Shown: positions 27,733 through 39,689, numbered from the whole stretch's first letter. The stretch is DNA of 63,945 nt, filler included, from Kipferlia bialata (GCA_003568945.1; 5 parts of 5 records of this genome joined end to end with filler, not necessarily neighbours in it); one strand, 5' to 3'. Notes: generated from the sequence alone by a model not told the origin. Made by a program: numbers and translations.

Positions 27733-29066
27733 CTATGAGAAATCCCACACTTCATCCTCTGACTCTGGACTAGCAGCCACTGGACCGTCTGAGGGAGATG
27801 GTAGAGCAGACCCAACTGCCTCTCCCACTCCCTCGTCAGCAATCACATCTGCATCATCAGATACATCTACCTCCGACCACTCTCTCTCCATGAGTACATC
27901 GACCTCTGCCTCACTCATGCGACTGAGGTCAGAGATGGAGTGGGGGGCCCTCCGTGCAGCCTCTAGGCCAGCCAGGAGCTCCAGGAACTGCTTGGCGTAG
28001 ATGATGCCCTCGAGGGCAAAGTTGGATATCTGGGACATGTACTCTGTCTATGTGTCAGTCTACAGGAATATATATAAATATATCCACCGGAATGGATTGA
28101 AGAAGTGTCTGTATACCATACCTTGATACTGTTGATGATGGAGAACTCAAACTCCACTCTGGAGCTGCCAGGGAAGGTGGAGCCCAGACCGTCGGCGAAG
28201 GCACAGAAGGCAGGGTACCTGGCAACATCGAGGGGGGCCCAGGCAGTGTCGAAGTCGTAGTTAATCTTCTGGGTCTTGTTGCCCTCACTGTCCGCAATGG
28301 TGACATACTCCCTGTTGTCCGCTACCTCTAGCCTATCCCTAAGGTCAGGGCTAGACTGCAGCTCCCGTCTCAGCAGGCGTGCCTCCTCCACAATGCGGTC
28401 GATGAAATCATCGTCGTACACAGTGAGGAGCTTCTTCCTGTACAACCTGACGTAGTTGGAGAACTTGGCAGGACTGAGACCGAGCAGTGAGAGAGGCAGA
28501 CAGGGGGGGGCATCAGTGTAAGGGCACCCCTGGTTGTTGGTGTCTCTGATCACGTGGATACTCTCCACTCTCTCCATGGCATCCATCAGGAAGTGGGCAC
28601 CCTGGCTGATGGTGTCGTAGAGTGCGGGGTTCCACATCACACCATCGTATGGGGGCTGCTGGTAGCCCTCGAGCAGGTCAGAGATGACAAGGTTGTTGCA
28701 GCACATGTACTGGTAGACAGTGGAGGTCTTGGCCTCCCACTTGTTGTGCCGCTCCATATACTCAAAGGGCAGGTCGGGATTGAAGGGAGCATCAACCATG
28801 TTGAGTTGGCACTCAATGCGGGCACCCAGTGCATCCACTAGTCCCTCGAACCCACGCTGCTGGTGCTCAATGGTAGATCTGGGGTTCTGGAGCACCTTGA
28901 AGCAGTTGTTGAAGTCCTCAAGGATGTCATCTAGCACAAGGAACAGCACCCAGAACAAGGGGCCAAGGTCCTTCTGCTCCTTGGCCAGCCACGACTGAAC
29001 CCAGCGTAACTTGTCTCTGCACCACTTGGTGCCAGAACCAAGACTCCACCACCTGACCTCGGGGTC
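27733..29066 (-). mobile_element. hAT-related transposase (C-terminal part) containing a spliceosomal intron; 5' part not found
   Basis: Exon from DPEVRWWS (TRW-like) to FCAFADGLGSTFPGSSRVEFEFSIINSIK, an intron, then TEYMSQISNFALEGIIYAKQ. This fits the hAT C-terminal dimerisation pattern (..VExxFS...LEG). No TIR or TSD identified. Confidence 0.7.
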
Positions 29067-29545
29067 CTGTGATCAGATGGGGAGGGGGGCAGAGACTGAC
29101 ATCCTTCTAAAACAGGCATGCAGTATTGGATAGTACATATACGGTGTCAGGTCAATCAGAGAGAATTATGGTAAATGCACCGGTACCGGTACCGTTTTGG
29201 CTATGAATCACCCAGCACGCACACAGCCCCACCCTGACGCCACCTACATGTATATGAATCTAAGGTGTGGCAAAAAGTACATAGTAAAAAATTACCTGAA
29301 CCCAACAAGTTTTCCCTGGGGTGGTTGTCAACGATACTGATGAAGGATGGAGCCTCTAGAGCAAGCAAGCTCTTTGTATTGCTCTAAAATGATGGTCATG
29401 GCCCTCAAAAACCTCGAGAGACTAGACCCCTGGACCCCTTGGTCAACCCTTTTTCAAGGTATCTAATTTGTATACAACAGAGTTTTTGCATGACCATTTC
29501 GGTGAAAAGTATATATTGTGACGGAATGATAAGTTCCGATTTTGA

Positions 29546-29645
29546 NNNNNNNNNNNNNNNNNNNNNNNNNNNNNNNNNNNNNNNNNNNNTTAATTAATTA
29601 ANNNNNNNNNNNNNNNNNNNNNNNNNNNNNNNNNNNNNNNNNNNN
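29546..29645. other. Artificial contig linker
   Basis: N44-TTAATTAATTAA-N44. Confidence 0.98.
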
Positions 29646-29739
29646 GTAGAGAGGGAATAGGACGCACCGATAGACTGATGCCCCCCCCCCCCCCCAATAA
29701 TTGTATACTTATATGTGAGTATGTGCATGTATATTGTAC

Positions 29740-30102
29740 CTACTGAGTGTGCGAAGAACGGACACGTGCAGAGAGGGGGGGAGGGGAGGACCACGTAACG
29801 AGAGCCCCTCGCAGACCCCGCTACTAACGCAACAGTGATCGGAGACGGTCCTAAAGGAATGAGAGGCTGAGAGGGTGACGGATTGAATTCGATACCTTAT
29901 GACACAAGACAAGTTCAGTGCCAGAAGACACCATCTCACCTGCAGACTGGACCACAGACACGGCCCCCTCTCTGTCTAGCAGAGCCAGGGCCCCCTCTGT
30001 GACGCGAGGGAAGGCTGCGTCCAGGGCTGCGACATGCTCTACAGACAGAGCTCCATCTCGAGAGGCGGCAGACAGGATCTCAGAGAGAACCTCTCCCAGC
30101 AT
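29740..30102 (-). CDS. ZSWIM7: SWIM zinc-finger protein SWS1/ZSWIM7-like (Shu complex); last exon missing
   Basis: Exon 1 (29940-30102) MLGEVLSEILSAASRDGALSVEHVAALDAAFPRVTEGALALLDREGAVSVVQSA and exon 2 (29740-29850) GPSPITVALVAGSARGSRYVVLPSPPLCTCPFFAHSV match the ZSWIM7 layout (ALDLVD...V.GS...Y...CxCPxFxxSV). The CKH half lies beyond the contig end. Confidence 0.75.
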
Positions 30103-30353
30103 CTCTAAGACTCAGAGCCACAGCCAAGGGCCCACACTCCACCTCAGCCAAGGGCCCACGATATCCTGGCGACACTGACGGGATGGTGTTGTAAAGAGTG
30201 TGAGTTGCACCATTGTCACCTCGCAACATTGCCTAATCCAATACTTTTGCCTTGACTTGTTTTCCTTCTCAAGCCACCTGTCTTCACTTCAGTTGTTCAT
30301 TCTACCTGCACCTGTCTTGGTCTGAAGACTGGAAGCAGGCCGAGGCTCCTGTG

Positions 30354-33300
30354 ATGGGCGACCCTGCATCCATCAATCCAGGACAGAGACTGCCGGGTGC
30401 TGCCACGGGTATGGTTCCCTGCCCCTCCCTACAGGCCATGGCGTCTGTGTACTCAGTGGCAGAGGAGGCCATGGACAGATACCGCTACCTGGACCGCCTG
30501 GTGTCCAGTTACAAGGTGGTGTCCTCCACCCCTGTGCCCGTTTTGCCCCTCCCCACTCCTGTGGTGTCCCTCCCCGGCACATCCCATGGACACAAGGCCG
30601 TCACGGCACAACAGGTCACGGCAGACGGGGAGACAGCCCTGGATGAGTTCTGCCTGCCCTCTGACACAGGGGTGCCCTCCAGCGAGGCCGCCTCCCCTGA
30701 TGATACTGCAGAGGATGGGTCTCCCTGGGCAGAGGAAGGGGAGGCTATGGCCTTTGACGATGACGCATTCACAGCTGAGGGAGACGCATTTGGAGAGGGA
30801 GACGCCTTTGCCTCCGGTGGCTTCGACGGAGACGCCTTTGAGACTGAAGCGTTCGAGGCTGACGCATTCGGTGGCGATAGTTTTGCTGCAGCTGACACAG
30901 GCTTTGACACAGGCTTTGATACAGCATTTGCCGCGGAGGAGGGAGAGAATGGACAGGAGGGTGCCGGGGATGGCTTCGATGGGTTTGGTCAGCCTGAGGC
31001 AGAGAGAGAGGTGCCCATGGACACCACCCATGTTGAGGGCGGAGACGACGCCTTTGTCTTCGACAATGGCACTGACGATGGCACTGACGCCTCCCTTGCC
31101 GGCACTGACTCTGGGACAGAGGCACCCACCCCTCCTGAGGCCGAGGCGGAGGGCTTTGACGACGATGGGTTTGGGTTTGATGCCATGGATGATGCCACTG
31201 ATGCGCCCTTTGGGTTCCAGGCCAGTGATGGCCCCATGCCCCAGGGGGAGGGGGAGGGAGAGGGAGGGGCTGACTCCCAGGTCACTGACCACACTCTCAC
31301 TGGCAACGCACTGACTGAGGACTGGGATGAGGGTATGGAGGGAATGGAGGGTGCAGAGGTGGAAGCTCTTGACATGGACATGGATATGGATATGGATATG
31401 GGTATGGGTATGGGAGGAGAGCTCCAGGAGTATGAGGGGGACGGGTTCGATGCCTTTGGGGCCTTTGACACCACCTTTGACACAGCTCAGGAGGGAGAGA
31501 CACAGGGGGAGGGAGAGACACAGGCAGAGGGGGACGGCTTTGGGTTTGATGACACTTTTGACGCACCTGAGGAGTCCCCACTGGAGGGAGAGGCAGAGGC
31601 AGAGGCAGTGGGAGGTGTAGATGAGGGTGATGGTTTTGACGCCTTTGGATTTGATGGCACCTTTGATGCACCTGGGGATACACCCATTGAGGGAGAGCTA
31701 GAGGGAGATGCAGGAGTGGAGCTGGGGGAGGGGGGCGGGTTTGATGGCTTTGGGGAATTCGACGACGCCTTTGAGGCACCCCTTGATACACCCATTGATA
31801 CACCCCTTGATACACCCATTGATACACCCATTGATACACCCATTGATACACCGCTTGATGCACCGCTTGATGCACCTGTGGAGGAAGAGGTTGCCGAGGA
31901 GGTTGAAGCAGAGACAGAGGTGGAGGGAGAGGAGGGAGAGCTGGAGGCAGAGGGAGACATGGAGGCCATGGACGGAGAGTGGGACGGAGAGGGAGAGGAG
32001 GAGGAGGAGGATGCCGGGGTGTTCGATGCCTTTGGGTCCTTTGCTGACACCTTCCCACAGGCAGAGGGCGGCACGGAGGGGGGGTTCCCAGAGGATGACT
32101 TTGCCGCCTTTGACCCTGCCCCCGTCACTGCTGATGAGGATGAGGGTGTCAGTGAGGGTGTGGTACAGGCAGAGACTGACGGTGTGTCTCTCTCTCTGGC
32201 AGACGACCCAGCACCCCTTCCCACCCAGGAGGGTGTCACGGAGACAGCGACAGAGACAGAGACGGAGACCCAGGCGGCGGATCCATGGGCCGACGGCTTC
32301 GGTGACTTCTCTCAGGAGGGTGGAGTGGTATCAGGATCAGTATCAGTATCAACGGCAGAGGGGGGCATGGGTGGGTTCGACGACTTTGACATGGACGGCG
32401 TCACAGCCCCCAGTCACACACCTGCTGAGGAGGGGGTACTCGGCACTGAGGAGATAGGAGAGGAGACCCTGGAAGGTGAGACCCTAGGCCAGGAGGGGCC
32501 AGGTGCATTTGAGGTGGATATGGGTATGGGTGGTGACATGGACTTTGGGGTGTCGGATGGGCTGTTTGAGGCCCCTGCCCCCCAGACTGAGACTGAGGCT
32601 GAGGCTGAGGTACAGGGGCTGGATGCCCTGGACTCAGTAGGGTTTGGACTGCCTGAGGTACACGATGTACACCCTCAGACCACCGCTGCCCCGTTTGATA
32701 TGGATGACATGTTTGGATCAATGACTGCCAGGCCTGGGGTCACAGAGGGTGGGGACTCAGGGACAGGGTTCGACATGACCCTGGAGAGCCTTGTCATGGG
32801 GGGTGAGGCAGAGGGGGATGGGGTAGAGGAGAGGGAGGGAGAGATGGTGGCAGAGACAGAGACAGTTGTCCCCACAGAGGAGTTGGATGGATTTGACGAT
32901 CCCTTTGCCTTTGAAACAGAGGCAGAGACCAAGACAGGGGTAGAGACAGAGACAGGGGTAGAGACAGGGGCAGAGGGAGAGAGAGAGACTGGGGCCAGTG
33001 TTGAGGTGGGAGACTCCGCAGTTGTAGAGCCCGCTGAGGCAGAGGCAAAGGCAGAGGCTGATGCCGACTGGACAGTTGGTGTGGCCTCTGAGGGAGAGGG
33101 TGCAGAGCAGGGAGAGGCAGAGGCATGTGTCACTGATGGCACTGGGCTGGACATGGAGTGGGGTGCAGATGATACCCCCCACCCCACTGACACCCTTGCC
33201 GAGGGTGGAGATGAGTCCATTGTGAAGGAGGTCCCTCCTGCCGAGTCCCGCCCCATCCCCGAGGCCAGCTTCGACATCGATTCTCTCTTTGCGTCCCCTG

Positions 33301-34994
33301 CACCCCCCCACACAGACGTTGAGGCACCTGCCGAGGCTGATGTCTTTGGCCAGGACGAAGGGTTCCAGCCCCCTCTCGTCACCCCCATCTCCATGGACGC
33401 CCCTGACACCCTCTCCTACAGCCCCACTCTGCATGCACCCGCTGCAGAGACTGTAGAGGGGGACCAGCAGGGATTGGAGGCAGAGGGAGAGGACACCTGG
33501 GCGGACGAGGCCTTCGAAGGGTTTGGGTCCCAGCCTGTGGAGGAGGAGACTGCCCTGCCACAGACCCAGACACAGGGGGCAGAGGTGGGGTTCGACTCCT
33601 TTGATACCTTTGAGGGAGGGTTTGAGAGTGGCTTCACAGCACAGACAGAGACAGAGACACAAGGGGCAGAGGCTGAGGTGTTTGATCTAGCCATGGACTC
33701 CTGGGACACACCTGCCGCAGACCCTGTCCCTGGTGTGGCAGAGATGGGTGTGGGTATGGGTATGGATATGGATATGGGTCTGGACACTGCTACAGAGGAT
33801 GCACCAGTGGAGACACACCCCCAGTCTGAGCCAGTCCCTAGTGGATCCCTGCCCCAGCCTGAGGTGCAGGCCTCCGCCCAGGTGCTGGACATGTTTGATG
33901 ACCTAGCCGAGTATGACGCAGACCCATCTGCACAGGTGCCTGTGTCTAGCGAGGCTGGGTTCACACACACAACCGCACACACTGACACTGAGCTACCTGA
34001 GAGGTCAGTGGTTATGGGGGATGATGTCCAGACTAGACCCAGGGCTGACCTGGGCGACCTAGTCTTTGACAGCCTAGACACATTCGATGGGGAGGCAGGG
34101 GCAGAGGTAGAGGCAGATGATTGGTCCACCAGTCAGGCCGTGGCCCCCCAGCCATCTGAGCTGACATACATCCCTGAGGCAGTGTCAGCCCCACAGGTGC
34201 AGGCAGAGGCAGAGGCAGACTTTGGGTTCGACTCCTTTGCCGCTGACCCTGCTGTCATGCCAGGCATTGATACTGTCACTGACACTGCTGATGCTGTTGA
34301 CCTGGGGGTGCAGGGCGAGAAGGACGTGGATGCCATGTTCGGAGGCTTTGGGTCCTTTGAGGATGCCTCCGTGCCTGTCCAGACTGAGGCTGAGACAACT
34401 GCAGCTGTCTCTGTCCCTGCCCCATCCGTGACCATGGCTGAGGAGGTGGCTGAGGACCCTGCCTTCGCTGCCTTTGACACTGACTTCACCACTCACACTG
34501 ATGCTGGGCAGGGGAGTGTGGAGCATGATGTTTTTGCCACCACTGTCACTGGCAATGTCTCTGACACCTTCGGGGACACATACGCCATGGGGGGTGTAGA
34601 GGCTGCAGGGGCTGACAATGGGGGGGATGAGTTTGGAGAGTTTGGAGGGTTTGAGTCGGCTGATGCATTCACTGCAGGGGATGCTCTATCCCTAGGTGGT
34701 GACATGGGAGACGGGTTTGGGGGCTTTGAGACAACAGGAGACACAGGGTTCGGTGGGTTTGACTCCCACGACACCAACCCCCAGGCTGTGTCCCTCCCCT
34801 CCGTCGACCCCTTCCACACCAAGGTGCCTGTGGCTGACACCCCCATCCCTGTCAACCCTGTGCTGTCAGATGTCGACGCCTTCTTCGGATTGGACATGCC
34901 CCAGACATCGGGGGTGCAGGCAGCGCAGCCTGCCGCTACTGCTTCTAGTGCCTCTGCTTTTGGCCAGGGGACAGGGGACCTCATCGACTTCTAA
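30354..34994 (+). CDS. Intronless ~1550-aa acidic disordered protein rich in FGxF/DPF/DPW motifs, ending DLIDF (candidate clathrin-adaptor accessory protein)
   Basis: Uninterrupted 4.6-kb ORF with first ATG at 30354. Motifs FGDF, FGEF, FGGF, FGAF, FGSF, DPW, DPF; C-terminus GDLIDF*. Confidence 0.8.
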   Translation: MGDPASINPGQRLPGAATGMVPCPSLQAMASVYSVAEEAMDRYRYLDRLVSSYKVVSSTPVPVLPLPTPVVSLPGTSHGHKAVTAQQVTADGETALDEFCLPSDTGVPSSEAASPDDTAEDGSPWAEEGEAMAFDDDAFTAEGDAFGEGDAFASGGFDGDAFETEAFEADAFGGDSFAAADTGFDTGFDTAFAAEEGENGQEGAGDGFDGFGQPEAEREVPMDTTHVEGGDDAFVFDNGTDDGTDASLAGTDSGTEAPTPPEAEAEGFDDDGFGFDAMDDATDAPFGFQASDGPMPQGEGEGEGGADSQVTDHTLTGNALTEDWDEGMEGMEGAEVEALDMDMDMDMDMGMGMGGELQEYEGDGFDAFGAFDTTFDTAQEGETQGEGETQAEGDGFGFDDTFDAPEESPLEGEAEAEAVGGVDEGDGFDAFGFDGTFDAPGDTPIEGELEGDAGVELGEGGGFDGFGEFDDAFEAPLDTPIDTPLDTPIDTPIDTPIDTPLDAPLDAPVEEEVAEEVEAETEVEGEEGELEAEGDMEAMDGEWDGEGEEEEEDAGVFDAFGSFADTFPQAEGGTEGGFPEDDFAAFDPAPVTADEDEGVSEGVVQAETDGVSLSLADDPAPLPTQEGVTETATETETETQAADPWADGFGDFSQEGGVVSGSVSVSTAEGGMGGFDDFDMDGVTAPSHTPAEEGVLGTEEIGEETLEGETLGQEGPGAFEVDMGMGGDMDFGVSDGLFEAPAPQTETEAEAEVQGLDALDSVGFGLPEVHDVHPQTTAAPFDMDDMFGSMTARPGVTEGGDSGTGFDMTLESLVMGGEAEGDGVEEREGEMVAETETVVPTEELDGFDDPFAFETEAETKTGVETETGVETGAEGERETGASVEVGDSAVVEPAEAEAKAEADADWTVGVASEGEGAEQGEAEACVTDGTGLDMEWGADDTPHPTDTLAEGGDESIVKEVPPAESRPIPEASFDIDSLFASPAPPHTDVEAPAEADVFGQDEGFQPPLVTPISMDAPDTLSYSPTLHAPAAETVEGDQQGLEAEGEDTWADEAFEGFGSQPVEEETALPQTQTQGAEVGFDSFDTFEGGFESGFTAQTETETQGAEAEVFDLAMDSWDTPAADPVPGVAEMGVGMGMDMDMGLDTATEDAPVETHPQSEPVPSGSLPQPEVQASAQVLDMFDDLAEYDADPSAQVPVSSEAGFTHTTAHTDTELPERSVVMGDDVQTRPRADLGDLVFDSLDTFDGEAGAEVEADDWSTSQAVAPQPSELTYIPEAVSAPQVQAEAEADFGFDSFAADPAVMPGIDTVTDTADAVDLGVQGEKDVDAMFGGFGSFEDASVPVQTEAETTAAVSVPAPSVTMAEEVAEDPAFAAFDTDFTTHTDAGQGSVEHDVFATTVTGNVSDTFGDTYAMGGVEAAGADNGGDEFGEFGGFESADAFTAGDALSLGGDMGDGFGGFETTGDTGFGGFDSHDTNPQAVSLPSVDPFHTKVPVADTPIPVNPVLSDVDAFFGLDMPQTSGVQAAQPAATASSASAFGQGTGDLIDF
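31776..31878 (+). repeat. 12-bp coding minisatellite (GATACACCCATT-like; DTPI/DTPL/DAPL)
   Basis: About eight tandem units visible in DNA and protein. Confidence 0.9.
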
Positions 34995-35247
34995 CATGTG
35001 TATGTAGGGATATAGTGTTCGTAATCGTAGCGTGAATAGAGGAGTACCATAGGTACTGTATCTAAGATACACACGGTCTCCGGTTGGAAATACGCTCACG
35101 GATAATCTACTCTTTCACATACAAAGCACTACACCAAATACACAAACACACAAACACTAAAGAAACAATTGTACAACACCATGTCGCCACCACCAGTCAG
35201 TCAGACCGATCAGGAAGTGGTAAGGACAGTGGGGAAAGAGGCAAGGT

Positions 35248-37399
35248 TCACTTCTTCCCCTTCCCCTTCCCCTTCCCCTTTCCCTTTCGCACCACCTTGG
35301 GCCTGCCTCCCCCCGTGCCACCATTGACCACACTGACATGCACAGAGCCTTGCCTGGCAGTGAGGGGGGGGGGATATGTTACATATGATAGATACACGTG
35401 GCCGGTGAATTACTGTAGGCTGCATGTTAAACTACTTACACCCCACCTGTTGCTCTGCTGCAGCCTGGACACCGTCTGCCCCAGCTGTATGTTGGAGTAT
35501 ACATCACTCAGCTGGGCCTCTGCCTCTGCTAGTCTCTCTGTCACTGCTCTGTTGTGCTGTCTCAGCGACACATTGCTCTCCCGCAGCCTCTCTCTCTCCC
35601 TCTCTGCTGCCCCCAGGGCCAGACACGTGTCATTCAGCATGGCCTCGTAGTGTTGTCTCTGTGCATCCAGGGCGGCGGTCAGCTCGGCCTCGAAGTGCAC
35701 CCCGAGGTACTCCTCCTTGCTCTCAGCCACCACTCCTAGCAGAGCATCGATGCTCTCCTCACCCATGTCGGTGTATATCCCTCCTATCCCTCCCTCCCCC
35801 GTCTTGCCACTACCCTTGGCGTCAGGGCCCACCTCCACTGGTGCCTTGCCCCTCCCGCCCCCGATCAGCCTGTCCACCCAGCCGTCACACACATAGCTCC
35901 ACACCCTCCTTTGCCCCGAGGCAGACACCTCTGCACTGAAGGCATGCCCGGTCTGTCTAGTATGAGAATAGATATAGGGGGCAGAGGGCATGGGCAGGGA
36001 TCAGACACATGGGGGTATAGAGAGAGTAGTCAAGCACTATCCACCCACCTGTAGTGTTCCAATGCGTGTGCCCTGTGGTATCTGCCACACCCCACATCGC
36101 CACAGATCAGACACACAAACAGGTCCTGGCAGTGAGGGACGCAGGGGATACAAGGTACCAATCATCATCCAACAGACACATGTATACATACATCCCCCCA
36201 CCTGTGTGTGCCCACATACTCCACACCCAGGTCGGGACTGCGGCATGGACGCTAGACACCGACACACGGGGCATGTGTTGGATGCCCACTGTATGACGCA
36301 CCTGTCGTGGAAGGAGTGCCTACATACAAGCGTGACAAGGCCTGTGACGGAGGGGTCCAGGGTGTCCAGACAGACGGGGCAGAGAGGGAGGGAGGGGGGG
36401 TCAGCGGGGGTACCCTGCAGAGACGCCGAGTGCTGAGAGAGAGAGAGAGAGAGCAGGGGCACAATGCACCAGGGTGAGTCGTCGCTCTCTGTCATGGAAA
36501 ACCCGGCATATGCAGCGGTGAAGGACTGGGCCACGTCGGCAGAGGGGAAGGTGAGCAGGGCACAGTACTCGCCAGAGGCATAGGGAACAGAGGCAGATGA
36601 TACAGAGGAGGAATGCAGGGCATCAGGGAGTGGGGTGGACCCGGCGTCTATATCCGAACCAGACTGGGGTGGAGGGGTATGTGGAGCTCTCTCTCTCTCC
36701 CTAGCCTGGGGGGTATGCCCCACATCGTCATTAGGGACAGAGACAGAGACTGGGTCTACAGTGAGTGTCGACTCACCCGTCCCTGCCTCAGCGTCATCCA
36801 CCTCTTTACCTATCTCCAAGGGTATAGGGGCACATGTCTCTGACTCATCCTGCTCCTTCAGAACGTTGTGCACAATCTTGATGCTCCTCACCTCTGTGTC
36901 TAACAGACTCTCACATAGATCAGGCACACTTATGGAGGACGGAATCTTGACGACCAGGAGAGAGGCACTTCCCTCCCCTTCCCAATCCCCATCGTCCTCT
37001 GCCCTGAGAGTCACTGTCCCGGCATACTCCTCGATGTCTATATGTAAGATATGGGGGCACACTAATACTATAGATGTAATAGATGTAATACAGATGTATG
37101 GATCACTACTCTATACAGCACAATGATGTATCCATTCACTGCCTAGAATAAACATATTCTATTATAGAAATACACGATGGGAGAGTATACCGAGAGTTTA
37201 CTAGGCCTTGCCAGCGAAGACACACAGTCCAAGGTACAGTGACGCACAAGACCAATATGACAATATGTGACTGAATGACATAGTACTGAGACAATGTGGC
37301 CCCACCTACCGATGTCCCATCATGGATGGACACCTCTCCTCTCTGCGACCCCACCCACTCGTGCACTGACACCTCGGCACAGAGGCGCGAGGCCAGCAT
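35248..37399 (-). CDS. BRAP2: BRAP2/IMP-type E3 ligase (BRAP2 domain + RING-H2 + ZnF-UBP + coiled coil)
   Basis: YCALLTF..A..F...[36 protein letters not shown]....CPVCR; CGVC...|[31 protein letters not shown]...[15 protein letters not shown]; then coiled coil and KGKGKK* (stop 35248-35250). Confidence 0.9.
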
Positions 37400-37544
37400 G
37401 GGTGGAGAGTAGGCACTGAGACCGATTTTCGACTGGTAGACAAACCCTTAGATTTCAAAGAAACACAGTGAGCCAAAACAGGTCCTCCCTCTCTATAACC
37501 TAGCTGGTCCAGGCGCTGACAGGTGAGCCTAACGGGTCAGAGCA

Positions 37545-39497
37545 ATGGCTCGAGGGAAGAAACACACCCTGACGTTTCCTGTCACTACAGTCATTGCGTC
37601 TCCCTCCAACTACGCTGCCCTGTTCGACGATGGCCTGGCCAGCGAGACTGAGAGTGAGAGTGAGAGTGAGACCCAGTCACAAGAGAGTGTCAGTGAGAGT
37701 CGGGAGGAGGGGGCAGGTGGGAGTGGGACTGGTAGAAATGCACACACGGGGGGGAAGGGGGCATCTCACCTGTCGCAGGGCGTCACTTCCATTGAGCCCG
37801 CGTCTTTGGCGGCCCTCTCTCCTGTGCCTGTAGATGCAGGAGAGGGGGGGTCAGGGGGTGCCGCCCCACAGAGACCCAGTGGTGTATGCCTTGCTGAGGG
37901 TGTGGGGTTGGGTGCGTCTGGCAGTGTACACCCTGACTCTCCATCTATGGAGCTGTCAGATAGTCCAGAGAGAGAGAGAGATACAGAGAGAGAAGGCGCC
38001 CCCGCTGCAGACATGGTGCCTATCGGCCACACACCCCAGCCAGAACCCCCCGCCCCAGTCTCCCATGGGCATGTGTCACCATCAGTACCAATGTCTGTGT
38101 CGGAGAGGGGGTCGGAGGAGGGGAGACAGGAGAGACCCAAGGCCCGTGTCGCTAGTGCTGCTCGGTACCGCATGAGTTCCCCTGTGGTGTCTGACCCCCT
38201 GGCCAGCATCCACCTCAGCATGGCATCCCTGCAGCAGGTGGGTGGCATTGCATATCAGTCCGAGAGGATCCATTCGGTATCCTTCTCTTGAAACCTTTGT
38301 CTGATGAAGGATGTATATATCTTTGTGTCAGAGATACCCTATGTCTGACCCCAGGACCTGGACTCCAAGCTGAGTGACAGCACTATGTCTGACCACCATC
38401 CTCTGCCAGACAGGAGAGAGACCACTAGAGGGTATACTAACGCGGGTGACAGGGACGCTGTCTATATGGGAGATGTGGGGAGAGTGTCAGCACCTGCGCC
38501 TGAGTCTCTTTCAACTGTGTCCAAGCCTGCGTCTCTGGTAATGGAGAGAGTGGCTCCCTATCCCACTACCCGAGGGCCACTTACATCTGCAGAGCAGGAG
38601 AGGGAGAGGGAGAGGGAGCACTCAGTCCAGATTGTGACAGAGAGGGAGAGAGAGGTGGCTGTTCGTGTCCACGCACTGGAGCAGCGTGTAGAGACCCTGT
38701 CCCATATGTTGGAGGAGAGTGAGAGGAGGAGGGAGAGAGAGAGAGAGAGAGAGGAGGAGGTGGTGCATAGGGTCAGTGGGGAACGCCTTCTAGAGTGGCA
38801 GCGTGCCGTCCTCCCCCTAGTCCTCAGACACATGCAGGGGTCACTAGACCAGACAGTGGCGGAGAGGGTGGCAGAGGCCCTGGCGGCAGAGAGGGAGAGA
38901 GTGCGGCTGGACAGAGAGAGAGAGCAGGAGGCGAGGGAGGCCCGGGAGAGATCTACTCTTCTCCTGGAGCAAGAGGAGAGAGAGAGAGAGAGGGACTCAC
39001 GTGTCAGGAGAGAGAGAGACATGCATGTTGGTAGCAGAACAACATCAGGTCACAATGAGGGGGACGCCAGAGTGTATGGGGCCCACGAGGGAGAGAAGAG
39101 GGGGCCTAGGAACCATGCGTCTGAGACAGGGTCTGATATGTCCAGTAGCAGACACCCACGTAGGAGTGGTGGCCCAAGGGGTCGTGACAGTGCATCACAC
39201 AGTGCCCCTAGGCGAGTCCAGTACTCTAGCGATGGTCGGGTACACCCCCAGTCGGTGAGGCCGGTCAGGCAGTCCAGGCCTGTGTCACAGGCAGCCCCCA
39301 CACGCAGACGGAGCTTCGACAGTGTGGCCTATGACACCGTGGACCATGGGGTAGAGGGGGACTATTCACACCCGCACCTTGAGAGAGAGAGAGACAGAGA
39401 TGGGATGAGGGATGAGGAGATCGTGGCCACGCTAAGTAGGCTGGAGGATATACGTCAGGAAGTGGGTAGAATCAAGCGTCACCGGCGCAAGAAGTAA
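37545..39497 (+). CDS. Two-exon hypothetical coiled-coil/low-complexity protein
   Basis: Exon 37545-38237, intron to CTGACCCCAG (38354), then in-frame exon 38355-39497. Confidence 0.7.
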
Positions 39498-39689
39498 ATG
39501 TAATTGTACAGAGGTGTTAGGAGTGTGTATTGATTATAGATACACTAGATTTGCGAATTCTCTTATCCAGAGGTCATACAAACTACTGACTGGGAGAACG
39601 CGTAATTTGGCTAGGAAGTTTCAACACAACGGACCTTTTAAACACAATGTCAATACATTTATGTCCCTGTATCCTAGTTCATCACACTA

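Noticed and set aside
30373..34984. Many long antisense and alternative-frame ORFs over the acidic gene (also 5637-6871)
   Set aside because: Expected by-products of GC-rich, low-complexity coding sequence; no independent motifs.
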